Below are positions 10,001 through 19,508 of a stretch of DNA of 64,000 nucleotides, in pieces. The position numbers were made by a program, and so were the translations under genes. Positions within the stretch are counted from its first letter, which is position 1, and each line of letters begins with the position of its first letter. Under the pieces are notes generated by a model, which made no database searches, had not been told where the DNA came from, and worked only from the letters and a program-made list of their open reading frames with translations. Source of the DNA: Thermoplasmatota archaeon (lineage in GTDB: Archaea; Thermoplasmatota; JAKEGO01); NCBI GenBank assembly GCA_028279595.1, contig JANQNK010000004.1, positions 174,993 through 238,992 on the forward strand, given 5' to 3'.

Positions 10001-13000
10001 CCATTCCAATGGAAGATGCCGTAATAACCAACGCCGACGTTCTTCAGCCAGACGACCTCCCCTGAGGGATTGATACTTGGCATGGTGTCATTGTATTGAT
10101 CATCGGTAAGATAATCGATCCTGTCCAGATCGCCTTTGATACCTACGTTGTTCGAGGCCACGAGGTTGTTGGTGATCCGGTTCGAGCTAGAACCTCTGAG
10201 GATCGACACGCCGTCCCCCTCCCCGGAATGGATCGTGTTGTTGGTGATGGTGTTGTTCCATGCTGCGAACAGCTTGATCCCTGACTCGCCGAATGATGAG
10301 ATATTGTTGTGTTCTATCAGGTTACTCGAAGATGTATCGATGTAGATCCCGAACTCGGAATTACCGTTCAGATGGTTCTGGGTGATCAGATTATGCCTTG
10401 AACTCGTGGAAAGTTTGATCCCTCCAACGTTGTCCGATGCATTGTTACGGTAGACAATTGTGTGGTTCATCTCCCAGAGATGGACCCCCGAAAGGGAATT
10501 TCCGAAAAGGGTGTTTTCCGAGATGTTGATCCCATTGCAGAAGTGGACGGATATCCCGGCCCGGTTTCGACCCATGGTGTTGTTCATGATCGTGATGTTG
10601 TTCCCTTCGTTGGAACCGATACCAGAGTTACCGTTGAAGTATCCCTCGTTATCGGCGATCGTGATGTTGTCTGAACCACTGGAGTATATTCCATCATAGT
10701 AGTTCTCGGTACAATTGTTGTCAGATATCGTGATGTTATGGGTCACGAAGATACCTATGCCCCACCAGCTACCGATCGCCGTGTTGTTGATCAGATCGGT
10801 GTGGTTCGCGTATGCCAGGGTGATGCCATAGAAGTAATTGTCAGTGACAATATTGTCTTCGATACTGTTATTCTCACATATGCGCACATTTATCCCATAG
10901 CCATCGTTCGAACCCAACTGGTTCCCACGTACGGTATTGTTCGAGGAAGCAAGATGGATCCCGTGACCAACGTTCCAGTTGACGATGTTGTCAGAGATCT
11001 CGAGATGGTGCGACGATTCGCGCACGTGGATCCCATCACCGCTTGAAGAGAGGATCGTATTGCCATCGATGTCGTTGTAGGGCGATTCATCCAGATCCAC
11101 CCCATAACCCGAATTGTTGTTCAGGTAGTTTCCAGATAATGTGTTGTTGCTGGAACGGATGGTTAGGTTGATAGCGGTTTCGGAATTTGACCATAGGTCA
11201 TTATCAGCGATGGTGTTCTCGCTGACGAAAGCGAGATAAATCCCGTTGCTGTTACCACTCACGTTGTTGCCAGATATCAAGTTGCCGAAGCAGTTAGTGG
11301 AAAGAGAGATGCCGTCATTTTTATTGGAAAGGACTGTATTGTTGACGATGGTTCCGTTGCTGCATGTATTCAGATATATGCCATCATCGTCATTCGAGGA
11401 GATATCGTTCCACATGATGTTGGTGTCTGAAAAGTATAGGAGGATACCGACATTGTTCGAATTCACAGTATTGTTCAGTATGTAAATGTCAGATGCGTGC
11501 CACAAGTGGATCCCGTGGTCTCCGTTCGAGCTGATATCGTTGTTCGTGATATTGTTCCGGTCACAGGATGTCATGACATAGATGCCTTTTTCGATGTTCG
11601 AACCCACGGTGTTGTTGATGATGGTATTGTTCGTGGAACCGAACATCATGTAGATGCCGTGTTGTTTGCTCTCATTGATCGTGTTGTTGGAGATCACGTT
11701 CCAGGAAGCATTGATGAGGTATATGCCATGACGTTGATTGACGCTCACATTGTTGTTGATGATCGTGTTGTTGACGGAATCGGAGACATGGATGCCGTCA
11801 TCACCGTTCGCGTTCCAGGTATTGTTATCGATGGTGTTGTTGTTCGATCCATCTAGCCATATGCCAACACCGCCCCCTACGCTCGCACCGTTGTCTCGTA
11901 TCTCGTTGTCGTGTGAGTTCTCGATATAGACTCCCATCCAGTTGATGTTCGCTGTGTTGTTTTGAACTGTAATGCGCTCGCACCATGAGAGCTCTATCCC
12001 TCTCCGATTCCCCATTGCGCTGTTCCAACCAATGACAACCTCGGTCGAGTTGTCCACCGATATACCTGACCTATGCATACCCACATTGTTGTCGAAGACA
12101 TCGATATCGGTTGAATATCCGATGATGATCCCTCTCACGTTCGCTGTGACGCTATTGTTGTAAAGGTCGGCGTCTTCAGTATCATTGAGATAGATGCCCA
12201 TTCCATTGTAGAACACCATGTTGTCGGAGACGTTCACATCGGTCGAGTTCAACATGCGTATAGCCCACTGAGAGTAGAGCACAAGGTTCCCGCTCACGAA
12301 GTGGCCGGTGCCCCCGGGTACATCGATCGCTGTCCTGTTCCCGCTGAAAGTCGAGTTGATGATCCTGGCTGAGTCACCGACGACCCGCAATGCCAGCTTG
12401 CTGCCGGTTATCTCAGAGTCCTCGACGGTCAGATTATCACCCTGGACCCTCACTCCAATGTCGGCAGCCAGGCTGTCGAGGAAATAGACATCGTATACGC
12501 CTGATCTATTGTCCACCCACACCACATCGTCATTGTTGTTGATCTTGTGATACCAGCCATGGGAATTCGCCGCCGAGACGTTGACGACAGAGTTGCCGTC
12601 CCACACACGGATGACGGCTGTCGTTGTGGTGTACTCCCTCCACGCGATCCGTCCATTGTCGTTCAGGATCGGTTCTTGAAGATTGGGCCCATACGTGGTG
12701 ATGATGGAGGTGGAATAGTCACCGTTCCAGTACATGATATCGGATATATCGGGAGCCATCCACGCCCGCCATGCCACCTCTCCGTTGTTGTTGATGCTGG
12801 GATTGAGGTTGAGGATGCCGTTGGCACTGATGTTGCGGACCGAGTTCCCATCCCAGAGCCAGATCTGATAGATAGTGCTGTAGTCATCCCTCCAGACGAC
12901 CTGGCCGGCATCATTCAAATCGATCTGGCTATCATGTTCGGTCGATTTTCCCATGATCCGTATTGAGGTGCCATTCCACAGGAACACGTCGTTGCTGGCA

Positions 13001-13818
13001 TTGTTCATCCCGATCCAAGCGACATCGCCTCGGTTATTGATCAAGATCTCTTCTATATTGCTCGATGAGTTCCAGAGCTCGATCGTGTCCGATCCGTTCC
13101 AAAGCATGACGCGGAAGAGTGTATCGTAGGCGATCCAGGCCACCCAACCATCGTCGTTTATGTGCGGATGGTCGTCCCAGCGGCTGTCGTTCGTGAGCCT
13201 GGTCGTGATACCGTCATCCCACATGAAGACCTCGGTGGTTCCGTTCACCCAGCCCCTCCAGACTATCGTACCGTGGGAGTTGACATCGGGTATCTCATCG
13301 TGATTCGACCTATTGGTCAATTGCATGGTCTCATTGAGGTCCCAATAGAAGATCTCGTACAACGGGGCAGGTGCGACCCAGGCAGTCTGTCCCTTGTCGT
13401 TCATATCGAGTTCCTTCTCGGACTGGTTGCTGTTGCTGAGTCTGATAGCGTTCGCGGGATTGAATATGCTTGCCCTCCGAACGAAGCTTCCCGAGAAGTT
13501 CAATCCGATGAGCGTGACGTTGTCAGCCTCGATCGACATCGTGTACTCCTTGTATGCGGGATAGACGATGGTATCCGTGGTACCGTTCCCGGTCAGCGTC
13601 AACGTCTTGTTCAGAACCAGGGATTCGGTATAGGTTCCCGCATACACCATGACGGTGTCGTTGACGCTTGCCGCGTCGATCGCATCCTGTATGCTGGCGT
13701 AGTCCGCTCCAGCCCAGTTGTCATCCACCACGATCGTGGCCGCGTTCGTCGGGCTCAGTGCGATAACGGTCAGTACCATTACAAATAACGAGATAGCAGC
13801 TGCTGTACCCCATTTCAT
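7033..13818 (-). CDS. Large cell-surface protein: signal peptide, NosD/PbH1 beta-helix with two inserted propeller-like repeat blocks, Ig-like domain, helical stalk, C-terminal TM anchor, acidic tail
   Basis: Hydrophobic N-terminal signal; YASIQDAID helix cap; many GI-x-L..SNNTI..N repeats; 2x8 IN-x-x-G-x-V-x-W repeats; GGNHWDDY..D.YPL closing motif; TM ILLIIVIILLLIILL. Confidence 0.85.
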   Translation of the reverse strand: MKWGTAAAISLFVMVLTVIALSPTNAATIVVDDNWAGADYASIQDAIDAASVNDTVMVYAGTYTESLVLNKTLTLTGNGTTDTIVYPAYKEYTMSIEADNVTLIGLNFSGSFVRRASIFNPANAIRLSNSNQSEKELDMNDKGQTAWVAPAPLYEIFYWDLNETMQLTNRSNHDEIPDVNSHGTIVWRGWVNGTTEVFMWDDGITTRLTNDSRWDDHPHINDDGWVAWIAYDTLFRVMLWNGSDTIELWNSSSNIEEILINNRGDVAWIGMNNASNDVFLWNGTSIRIMGKSTEHDSQIDLNDAGQVVWRDDYSTIYQIWLWDGNSVRNISANGILNLNPSINNNGEVAWRAWMAPDISDIMYWNGDYSTSIITTYGPNLQEPILNDNGRIAWREYTTTTAVIRVWDGNSVVNVSAANSHGWYHKINNNDDVVWVDNRSGVYDVYFLDSLAADIGVRVQGDNLTVEDSEITGSKLALRVVGDSARIINSTFSGNRTAIDVPGGTGHFVSGNLVLYSQWAIRMLNSTDVNVSDNMVFYNGMGIYLNDTEDADLYNNSVTANVRGIIIGYSTDIDVFDNNVGMHRSGISVDNSTEVVIGWNSAMGNRRGIELSWCERITVQNNTANINWMGVYIENSHDNEIRDNGASVGGGVGIWLDGSNNNTIDNNTWNANGDDGIHVSDSVNNTIINNNVSVNQRHGIYLINASWNVISNNTINESKQHGIYMMFGSTNNTIINNTVGSNIEKGIYVMTSCDRNNITNNDISSNGDHGIHLWHASDIYILNNTVNSNNVGILLYFSDTNIMWNDISSNDDDGIYLNTCSNGTIVNNTVLSNKNDGISLSTNCFGNLISGNNVSGNSNGIYLAFVSENTIADNDLWSNSETAINLTIRSSNNTLSGNYLNNNSGYGVDLDESPYNDIDGNTILSSSGDGIHVRESSHHLEISDNIVNWNVGHGIHLASSNNTVRGNQLGSNDGYGINVRICENNSIEDNIVTDNYFYGITLAYANHTDLINNTAIGSWWGIGIFVTHNITISDNNCTENYYDGIYSSGSDNITIADNEGYFNGNSGIGSNEGNNITIMNNTMGRNRAGISVHFCNGINISENTLFGNSLSGVHLWEMNHTIVYRNNASDNVGGIKLSTSSRHNLITQNHLNGNSEFGIYIDTSSSNLIEHNNISSFGESGIKLFAAWNNTITNNTIHSGEGDGVSILRGSSSNRITNNLVASNNVGIKGDLDRIDYLTDDQYNDTMPSINPSGEVVWLKNVGVGYYGIFHWNGSTADPLVGVQTDSPPQINARGEVLWVKWNGYDYDIYVWDGENTQNISANPYNDSRPQINSAGEVAWVGNDGNDEEIYFWDGISVTNVSNNSRHDTDPQINSAGDIVWSSRSGNNTDLFLWNGTGTLQLTNDSFAEINHRINDAGQVVWQASDGNYDQIFFWNGSAVIQVTDGTGGGYNPSLNDAGEITWYGSDGSDLEIYFWNGKKVKQISDNTFIDASPKINSAGEIVWMGNDGDGWEIFLWRGSRVEQLTDNNLSDQSPRINNAGQIVWGRFEDGDYEICMWGPDVGENTIIYNEIRDNDIGIQFLNQSGNMVYHNEFFDNAIGAYQTARNIWNLSYPSGGNHWDDYPGGDYLSGPDQDISGGDTIGDTPYVFHGGQDVYPLVLKLDEPPSGKIAITSHSNGDYIEGMEVFEVVTTWAVSEVRLYLDGTYVGSDPVSPYRYLVNTSGFTEDSKVPLRVDAVLDIGGIVSVSIDLYVNNQVMAGDYLLVDALRSTYKPDDTATITIGTVAAPSYDNLELVVSYTDPNGTTLEAHKSGLSINTTHIIGLPIYSHAPLGMYNVTVEAFGYNGTSLIWNSTNWTYFEVTKKGRADELQDIDDQLAYLNQTILDLRTYIEGMNASVGMDLGEILGNLTTVVSRLDVVDASISDLDAALGGLNTSLTGLLDGLSTDIDVVGSSISSRLAQTEVNLTAFMAMMNNSLAAEIASLNVSGQADLQLWLETVLGQLEQNLSSANMSLHQALGDLDTLLTSSYADLDTSLTALAADLEQHAEDQGNVSADLLSDIATLSSLLDSLDTESLTNISIVLGDMSTGFAETDANITSIMASIGALEAEIETRLDEINTSLAGISNVETILTELEDLDDAIEAMSDDIAGVSDDDDDGGDPNTILLIIVIILLLIILLNQMLGRPFWTKEPSEEPEGSEPEDDEEPETDDPDSEEQEPEPEPEEEVKEDPEPEEGSEDQEPKSGPDDEMKEGDEDPEDQKEP

Positions 13819-13887
13819 TCTAAGTCACCTCGGGGAATGACATCAAAGGAACTCTATTTAGTGATATCTGTGTCTGGGGTTGTGGGA

Positions 13888-13905
13888 ATTGAGAACATTC
13901 TCAAT
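13888..13905. promoter_or_regulatory. Perfect 8-2-8 inverted repeat (operator or terminator hairpin)
   Basis: ATTGAGAA-CA-TTCTCAAT, 70 bp upstream of the surface-protein ATG and 15 bp past the lipoyl-carrier stop. Confidence 0.45.
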
Positions 13906-13920
13906 GGAAGCGATAATGGC

Positions 13921-14349
13921 TCACTTCTTTGCTTCGGCGTCGTCGATCTCCTGCTTGAGCCACGACTCGACGTCCCCGCCGTGCACCAGTCCGTCGATCT
14001 CGTCCTCGTCGGAGGGTTCGAGCTTCATGATCCAGCCTTCACCGTATGGATCCGTGTTGATGAGCGTCGGGTCGTCCTCCAGGTCCTCGTTCACCTCGAG
14101 GACCTCACCTGACAATGGTGCGACGAACTTGCCCACCCACTTCGCGGACTGGATCTTCCCGCAGGTCTCTCCGGCCTCGACGTCGTCGCCCTCGAAGGGA
14201 AGGTCTATGTACGTGGTGTCCCCGGCGGTCTTCTGGTAGAAGTCGTTCATGCCAATGGTCACGTTGCCGTCGTCCTCCTTCCTGACCCACGCGTGCTCTC
14301 CGTGGTAGTACAGCTCATCGGGCATGTCGTATCCGTGGTAAACCGCCAT
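13921..14349 (-). CDS. GcvH-family lipoyl carrier protein, LbpA-like
   Basis: H-protein pattern (YY..EHAWV, GMNDF, N..L..DP.LIN.DPYGEGWI); lipoyl-Lys context IQSAKWVG resembles LbpA (S-x-K-W-V-G) more than glycine-cleavage GcvH (ESVKAAS). Confidence 0.88.
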   Translation of the reverse strand: MAVYHGYDMPDELYYHGEHAWVRKEDDGNVTIGMNDFYQKTAGDTTYIDLPFEGDDVEAGETCGKIQSAKWVGKFVAPLSGEVLEVNEDLEDDPTLINTDPYGEGWIMKLEPSDEDEIDGLVHGGDVESWLKQEIDDAEAKK

Positions 14350-14409
14350 TTGAACACCTCATACTATTTCTACGGACTTGAATTGATAAACGTTGTTTTA
14401 AGGCTTTTC

Positions 14410-14847
14410 CTAGGTTGTGCCGTCGTCCACAACGACGGTCGGTTCGATGATAACGTCAGACCTGACGGATTTGAAGACAAGACAGTAATCCCGTATGTCG
14501 ACGAGGCACTTCTCGACCTTCTGGCGGTCTGATTCCTCGGCGATCGTGATGACCGGGCGCACAACAACTTGCGTGAACCTTAGCGAACCCTCGGACATCG
14601 TGGCCAGTCCTTCGGCCTCGCTCTCGTATGAGACAAGTCGGATGCGCCGTTTCTCAGCGAGCCACAGGAAGGTCGACATGGTGCAGTGCTCGACCGATGC
14701 GACGAATAGGTCCTCCGGGTTCCAGTAACCTTCGTGGCCGCCGAACTCGGGTCCGCAGGCGACCTCAAGGTTTGGCTTTCCCTCGCTGCCGAGGACCCCT
14801 TTCCGCTCGCCGGTCCACCTCAACCGGGTCCGGTAGGTGTACTCCAT
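14410..14847 (-). CDS. OsmC/Ohr family protein
   Basis: PEFGG..WNPEDLFVASVEHC and second Cys in YCLVFKS; ATG 14847. Confidence 0.88.
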   Translation of the reverse strand: MEYTYRTRLRWTGERKGVLGSEGKPNLEVACGPEFGGHEGYWNPEDLFVASVEHCTMSTFLWLAEKRRIRLVSYESEAEGLATMSEGSLRFTQVVVRPVITIAEESDRQKVEKCLVDIRDYCLVFKSVRSDVIIEPTVVVDDGTT

Positions 14848-14858
14848 CCGCTCTCCCT

Positions 14859-16103
14859 TCACACTATCTCCTCCAGGACGGGCACGGTCCATGTCCCGTT
14901 CGGCATGATGATGACGCTGGGTTCCTTCCCGCGGGAACGCATCGTCGCCATGGCCTCATCGACAGCGGCCTGAATATCGGTAAAGGGCCTCAGGTGCGCC
15001 TTGGTGATGAGCTCATCGTCGACGCCCATGACGGTCCATATCTCGGCCCATTGAAGCGTTTGCATGATCCTCAGCGCCTTGTGGTCGCCCAGATGATATC
15101 CCCCGGAGATGCTGGCCTCGACGTCGTCCAGGCTCTCGATCCCGTGGAGGAAACGTAGGAACGCGTCGTTGCCGACACCGTTCCTGCAGGCAGAGACCCA
15201 GATGATGATGCCGCCCTCGTTCAGGACCAGTTTACCGTTCTCCAGCGCGTGCTGCGACTGGTACATCTCGAGGTCCTTGGGCGGGGGGACGCAGGTGACG
15301 ACTATGTCAGCCTTCCTCGTGACAGGGACGCACTGTAGCGCCATGGCATCCCTGGCAGCAGCTTCGAAGGCTCCGACGATATCGCCGCCGTGTGCAGGAA
15401 GAACGCGCTTCTCGCTGTCGAGGACGAGCTGCATGGTGAATATCCTCTCCGTCCGGAGGAACGACACTGCCTCGGCCATGTCCTCGTGGATAGGGTTCCT
15501 GACCAGCGCGGCTGGTTTCGAGCCGTCGGTCACGGCCAGAGAATGGTTCGCCTCGATCGTCTTGAACCCGGCGATGCCTGGCAGGAAAGACTTCCGCCCT
15601 CCGGAGAACCCGGCGAAGTAATGGGGCTCGACGCTATTGATCGTTATTATCCTCTCAGCGTCGACCGCTAACTTGTTGAAAGTTACCGGTGTCCCACGGG
15701 TGGTTGTCCCGACCGAAACCAGCTTGCTTTCGTCGCGCGCGTCGTGCACCTCGATCATGTCGCGAAAGCGATCCAGGTGACGTCCGAATATCGTCCGGAG
15801 CTGCTCCTCCGTCGGAGAACGATGTGTTCCGGTGGCCACCAGGAATGTCAACTCGGGTCCGCCGTCAAGGAAAGGGACCACGGAATCCAGCACCTCGGCC
15901 GTTGGGGTAGCCCTTGTAGCATCGTTGACTATGATGAGGACGTTCTGTGCACCTTCCACGAACTCCTCCATCGAAGGTCCGTCGTCGGGCGGTTCCGTCA
16001 GAGGAAGCGAGGACGCATCGTTGGGATGGATGACCTCGCACTCTGCAACTACGCTGATCGTGATCGTCTCTCCGCCGTAATCGATGTCGACGGTCCTCAT
16101 CAC
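14859..16103 (-). CDS. larA: LarA-family nickel-pincer 2-hydroxyacid racemase (copy 1)
   Basis: VNDATR, ATGTHR, HDA, EPHYFAGFSGGRKS..PG..TIEANH (cofactor Lys and Ni His), HKA. Confidence 0.9.
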   Translation of the reverse strand: MMRTVDIDYGGETITISVVAECEVIHPNDASSLPLTEPPDDGPSMEEFVEGAQNVLIIVNDATRATPTAEVLDSVVPFLDGGPELTFLVATGTHRSPTEEQLRTIFGRHLDRFRDMIEVHDARDESKLVSVGTTTRGTPVTFNKLAVDAERIITINSVEPHYFAGFSGGRKSFLPGIAGFKTIEANHSLAVTDGSKPAALVRNPIHEDMAEAVSFLRTERIFTMQLVLDSEKRVLPAHGGDIVGAFEAAARDAMALQCVPVTRKADIVVTCVPPPKDLEMYQSQHALENGKLVLNEGGIIIWVSACRNGVGNDAFLRFLHGIESLDDVEASISGGYHLGDHKALRIMQTLQWAEIWTVMGVDDELITKAHLRPFTDIQAAVDEAMATMRSRGKEPSVIIMPNGTWTVPVLEEIV

Positions 16104-16142
16104 GATTAGGAATGTAAGGATGTTATTTCATACATCCGGTGC

Positions 16143-17072
16143 TCAGAACTCCGGGACCATCTCCTTGACTTCCTGGTACGTGAAGACAGGGCCGTGCTTG
16201 CACACGTAGATGTCGCCGATGTTGCAGCGGCCGCACTTGCCTATGCCGCACTTCATCCTGTTCTCCAGGGTCGTGTAGATCTGGTCCGAGGACCAGCCGA
16301 GCTTCTCGAGGGCCTGGGTGATGAACTTGATGGCGATCGGAGGTCCACACGTGACGACGATGGAGTTCTCCGGTGACGGCTTGACCACCTCGACCAGCTG
16401 CGGTACGAAACAGGTGAACCTGTTCTGTCCGGCAGGTATCTCGGTGTCGCCTGGCGACTTCATGTTTATCGCCGGCCAGTCCTCGTGGGACGCCGCCTCG
16501 ATCGGGCCGTCGGGTCCGAACTTCCAGTCGATGCAGAGCCAGAGGTCCAGGTCGTCGCGGGCCTCGATCTCCTTGAACTCCTCCTTGTAGGCCAGGTCCG
16601 CCGGTGTCCTGGCGCCGTAGATGAGCGTGACATCGCCGTAATCCTTCCTGTGATCGGGATGGAGCACCCACTGGTAGACGCTCCTGACCGGGGAGATGCC
16701 GATACCGGCACCGATGAAGACCATGTTCTTGCCCTTCCAGTCGTCCACGGGGAAGTCGTTGCCATAGGGACCTCTCAGTCCGACCTTGTCGCCGACATCG
16801 AGCTCGTGGAGCTTTCCAGTGACGTTGCCAACCCGCATCGCCGAGACCTCGACTATTCCGTCGGTGTTCGGGAAAGAGGATATCGCGAAGACGCTCTCGC
16901 CGGTGCCGAAGTGGCTGACGATGCAGAACTGGCCCGGCTTGTGGAGGAAGTCCTCGCGCTCGGACTCGTCGTCGATCTGCATCTTGAACGTCCGTATCGG
17001 ACGGCCGCCGCCGGCCTCAAGCTGGATGTCCAGCACAGTTGCCGTGACCGGCTTGTAGATGTTGTCGGTCAT
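16143..17072 (-). CDS. flxA: FlxA-type FAD/NAD(P)-binding [2Fe-2S] oxidoreductase
   Basis: PGQF, RGPYGN, GAGIG, CGPP, MKCGIGKCGRC; last gene of an mvhD-flxC-flxB-flxA series. Confidence 0.85.
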   Translation of the reverse strand: MTDNIYKPVTATVLDIQLEAGGGRPIRTFKMQIDDESEREDFLHKPGQFCIVSHFGTGESVFAISSFPNTDGIVEVSAMRVGNVTGKLHELDVGDKVGLRGPYGNDFPVDDWKGKNMVFIGAGIGISPVRSVYQWVLHPDHRKDYGDVTLIYGARTPADLAYKEEFKEIEARDDLDLWLCIDWKFGPDGPIEAASHEDWPAINMKSPGDTEIPAGQNRFTCFVPQLVEVVKPSPENSIVVTCGPPIAIKFITQALEKLGWSSDQIYTTLENRMKCGIGKCGRCNIGDIYVCKHGPVFTYQEVKEMVPEF

Positions 17073-17073
17073 T

Positions 17074-18138
17074 TCATGCAGCCTCCTCGCCCTTCGCGTC
17101 GGCATCCTTCTCCATGCACGCTCGCGCGACAGCGCCCTCCGTCACATCGATGATGTCGATGTTCACGGGACAGGCGGATATGCACCTGCCGCAGCCGACG
17201 CAGCCTATCACGCCGAGGTTGTTGTCGATGTAGAGGAACTTGTGGTACATCCTGTTCCGCTGCCTCATGCGCTTCGCCGGCCTCGGGTTGTGCCCCGATG
17301 CGTGGGATGAGTAGTACTCGAACTGGCAGGAGTCCCAGGTCCGCTCGCGCCGTCCCTCGCCCTGCTTCACGACGTCGTTGATGTCGAAGCAGTGGCAGGT
17401 CGGACAGAGCAGGGTGCACATGCCGCATCCGATGCAGCTGGCCGAGATATCCTCCCAGTACTTGCTTTCGAAGAGACAGCGGAGGGATTCCGCCACCTCG
17501 GCCCTGTCGAAAGTGCGTGTGATCGCCTTCACGGCGTTCTCCTTGACCTCCTCGGCAGACGACTCATCGTCCGAGACGGCCTCTACGAAGAGGTTCCCGC
17601 CAAGCTCGATCAGGGCCTCGCCCTTCTCGGTGACGCTCTCGACGAAGTACCTGTCACCCAGGTCGGTCCAGAGGCTGTCGACCCCTTCCGTTCCGGAGGG
17701 GCTCCCCTCGATGGAGGTGCAGAAGCAGTTCTCATCGGGTTTCTGGCCCGAGCACGTTAGCGCGATCGTCGTCGCTCTCTCGCGCCTGTCAACGAAGTAA
17801 GGGTCGATGTAGTCCCAGGTGAAGAGCTTGTCCAGGAGCGTGAACGCCTTGGCGTCGCATGGACGCACGCCGAACACCACGAGCGGCTTGCTCGCCCGCT
17901 GCGGCTCCTCCGCGCCTACGAAACGCGCTCCGTCGCGCTTGAACTCGAACATCGTCTCGGTCTGGGGGAAGAAGACGGACTTCGGAGGGACCTGCGAGTT
18001 GCCGAACTCGAGATCGGGAGCGGAATCGAGCTTCTTGTAGGTCCAGACCCCGTCGACCTCCACCGGTCCGTAGACCTCATGCTCCGAGAGCGCCTCGAAG
18101 AGGGCGTCCATCTTGTCCTTTCCAATTGTGTGTGACAT
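17074..18138 (-). CDS. flxB: FlxB/AsrA-type 4Fe-4S dicluster protein
   Basis: GVRPCD, CFCTS, CIGCGMCTLLCPTCHCF, R.WDSC, CVGCGRCISACP. Confidence 0.85.
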   Translation of the reverse strand: MSHTIGKDKMDALFEALSEHEVYGPVEVDGVWTYKKLDSAPDLEFGNSQVPPKSVFFPQTETMFEFKRDGARFVGAEEPQRASKPLVVFGVRPCDAKAFTLLDKLFTWDYIDPYFVDRRERATTIALTCSGQKPDENCFCTSIEGSPSGTEGVDSLWTDLGDRYFVESVTEKGEALIELGGNLFVEAVSDDESSAEEVKENAVKAITRTFDRAEVAESLRCLFESKYWEDISASCIGCGMCTLLCPTCHCFDINDVVKQGEGRRERTWDSCQFEYYSSHASGHNPRPAKRMRQRNRMYHKFLYIDNNLGVIGCVGCGRCISACPVNIDIIDVTEGAVARACMEKDADAKGEEAA

Positions 18139-18150
18139 GTTTGGTGCCTC

Positions 18151-19071
18151 CTACCAGATGAAATCCTCCGGGTCGGCCGTGTCGCACGTCCCGAACATGC
18201 TGTCGTCCTCGGGATCGACCCCCGCCTCTACGTCGTAGCGTTCCTTCGCCTTCCACTCCAGGTACCTGTTGATCTTCCTGATGGGGATGTCCACGGGGCA
18301 GACGCGCTCGCACTCGCCGCAGTCGACGCAGCGGCCGGCGAGATGCATCGCCCTCACGAGGTGGTAGAACGTGTTCTCGGGCAATTGCACCGACTTCTCG
18401 TTCCACCTGTAGGGCTTCTCGCGGTCGAACACGCACTCCTCGCAGTAGCACAGCGGGCACGCCTCGCGGCATCCGTAGCACCGGACGCACCTCTCGAGCT
18501 GGCGCTCCCAGTACTCCCACCTCTCCTGCGGGGTCATTGCCTCCAACTCGGCCACGTCCGAGTAATCGTCTGTTATCGTTTCAGGGACCGCCTCGCCGCA
18601 GACGACGTCTGCGATCAGTGGATTGTGATGCGTGCATACGAGGCATTTACCGGCGATGTTCTCATCGGTCACCGCGGGCGGCTGCTTTTCGGACCCGTCC
18701 ACCTTCTTGGTGTCGCAGACGCCCTCGCATGTGACCCCGATGATCTTGACGCGCTCCCGTGCGACGATGTTCTCCTTCATGAGCTCGACGATGGTCTTCG
18801 AGTCGCACGGCTTGACGACGATGCCGATCGGCGTCGTGTCGAGCTCCTCGCCACGTCCGGGTCTGGTCTGCATCTCCTCCACGAGGAAGAGCGTCAGGTT
18901 GTTGACGCACATGGAGTTCCATACAAGCTTGTCAGCGTCTTCCGGTCTCCGGACGAAGGCGACCTTCGTGCCTGCGCGGCGGCCCTGTTCGAACCCGACG
19001 ACGTACTTGACCTCTCCGGACTCGAGCCATCCGCGTGCGGTGTCCTGGATCTGGCCCTGGCGGTCCGTCAT
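18151..19071 (-). CDS. flxC: FlxC-type (FrhB/FdhB-related) Fe-S subunit
   Basis: [44 protein letters not shown]; ATG overlaps the upstream stop. Confidence 0.8.
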   Translation of the reverse strand: MTDRQGQIQDTARGWLESGEVKYVVGFEQGRRAGTKVAFVRRPEDADKLVWNSMCVNNLTLFLVEEMQTRPGRGEELDTTPIGIVVKPCDSKTIVELMKENIVARERVKIIGVTCEGVCDTKKVDGSEKQPPAVTDENIAGKCLVCTHHNPLIADVVCGEAVPETITDDYSDVAELEAMTPQERWEYWERQLERCVRCYGCREACPLCYCEECVFDREKPYRWNEKSVQLPENTFYHLVRAMHLAGRCVDCGECERVCPVDIPIRKINRYLEWKAKERYDVEAGVDPEDDSMFGTCDTADPEDFIW

Positions 19072-19508
19072 TGGCCACCACCTCCGGCCATCTTGGTCTG
19101 GGGGCCAAGCTCCCTGACCTGTTCCGTGAACTTGGTGACCACTTCCGCGAACTTGTGGCCCTCGGATGCCGAGACCCACGAGAGCTGGAACCGACCTGGA
19201 TCGATGCCCATGTGGTCCATCAGGTCGTGCAGCAATGTCAGCTTTCGCCTCGCATGATAGTTGCCCTTGATGTAGTGGCAGTCGCCCGGATGACATCCGG
19301 AGACGAGCACACCGTCCGCTCCCTCCTGGAACGCTTTCAGAATGAACTGGGGATTGACCCGGCCAGAGCACATCACCTTGATGATGCGGATGTTGGACGG
19401 ATACTGCAGCCTGGACGTCCCTGCGAGGTCGGCGCCCGTGTAGCTGCACCAGTTGCACAGGAATCCCAGGATCTTCGGCTCGAAATCGTTCTTCGCGTCG
19501 TCAGCCAT
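19068..19508 (-). CDS. mvhD: MvhD/FlxD [2Fe-2S] subunit
   Basis: [39 protein letters not shown]. Confidence 0.93.
   Translation of the reverse strand: MADDAKNDFEPKILGFLCNWCSYTGADLAGTSRLQYPSNIRIIKVMCSGRVNPQFILKAFQEGADGVLVSGCHPGDCHYIKGNYHARRKLTLLHDLMDHMGIDPGRFQLSWVSASEGHKFAEVVTKFTEQVRELGPQTKMAGGGGQ

Noticed and set aside
9000-12500. Lower-GC stretch as a horizontally acquired island
   Set aside because: Largely explained by Asn/Ile-rich beta-helix coding inside one ORF; no integrase, transposase or boundary repeats.
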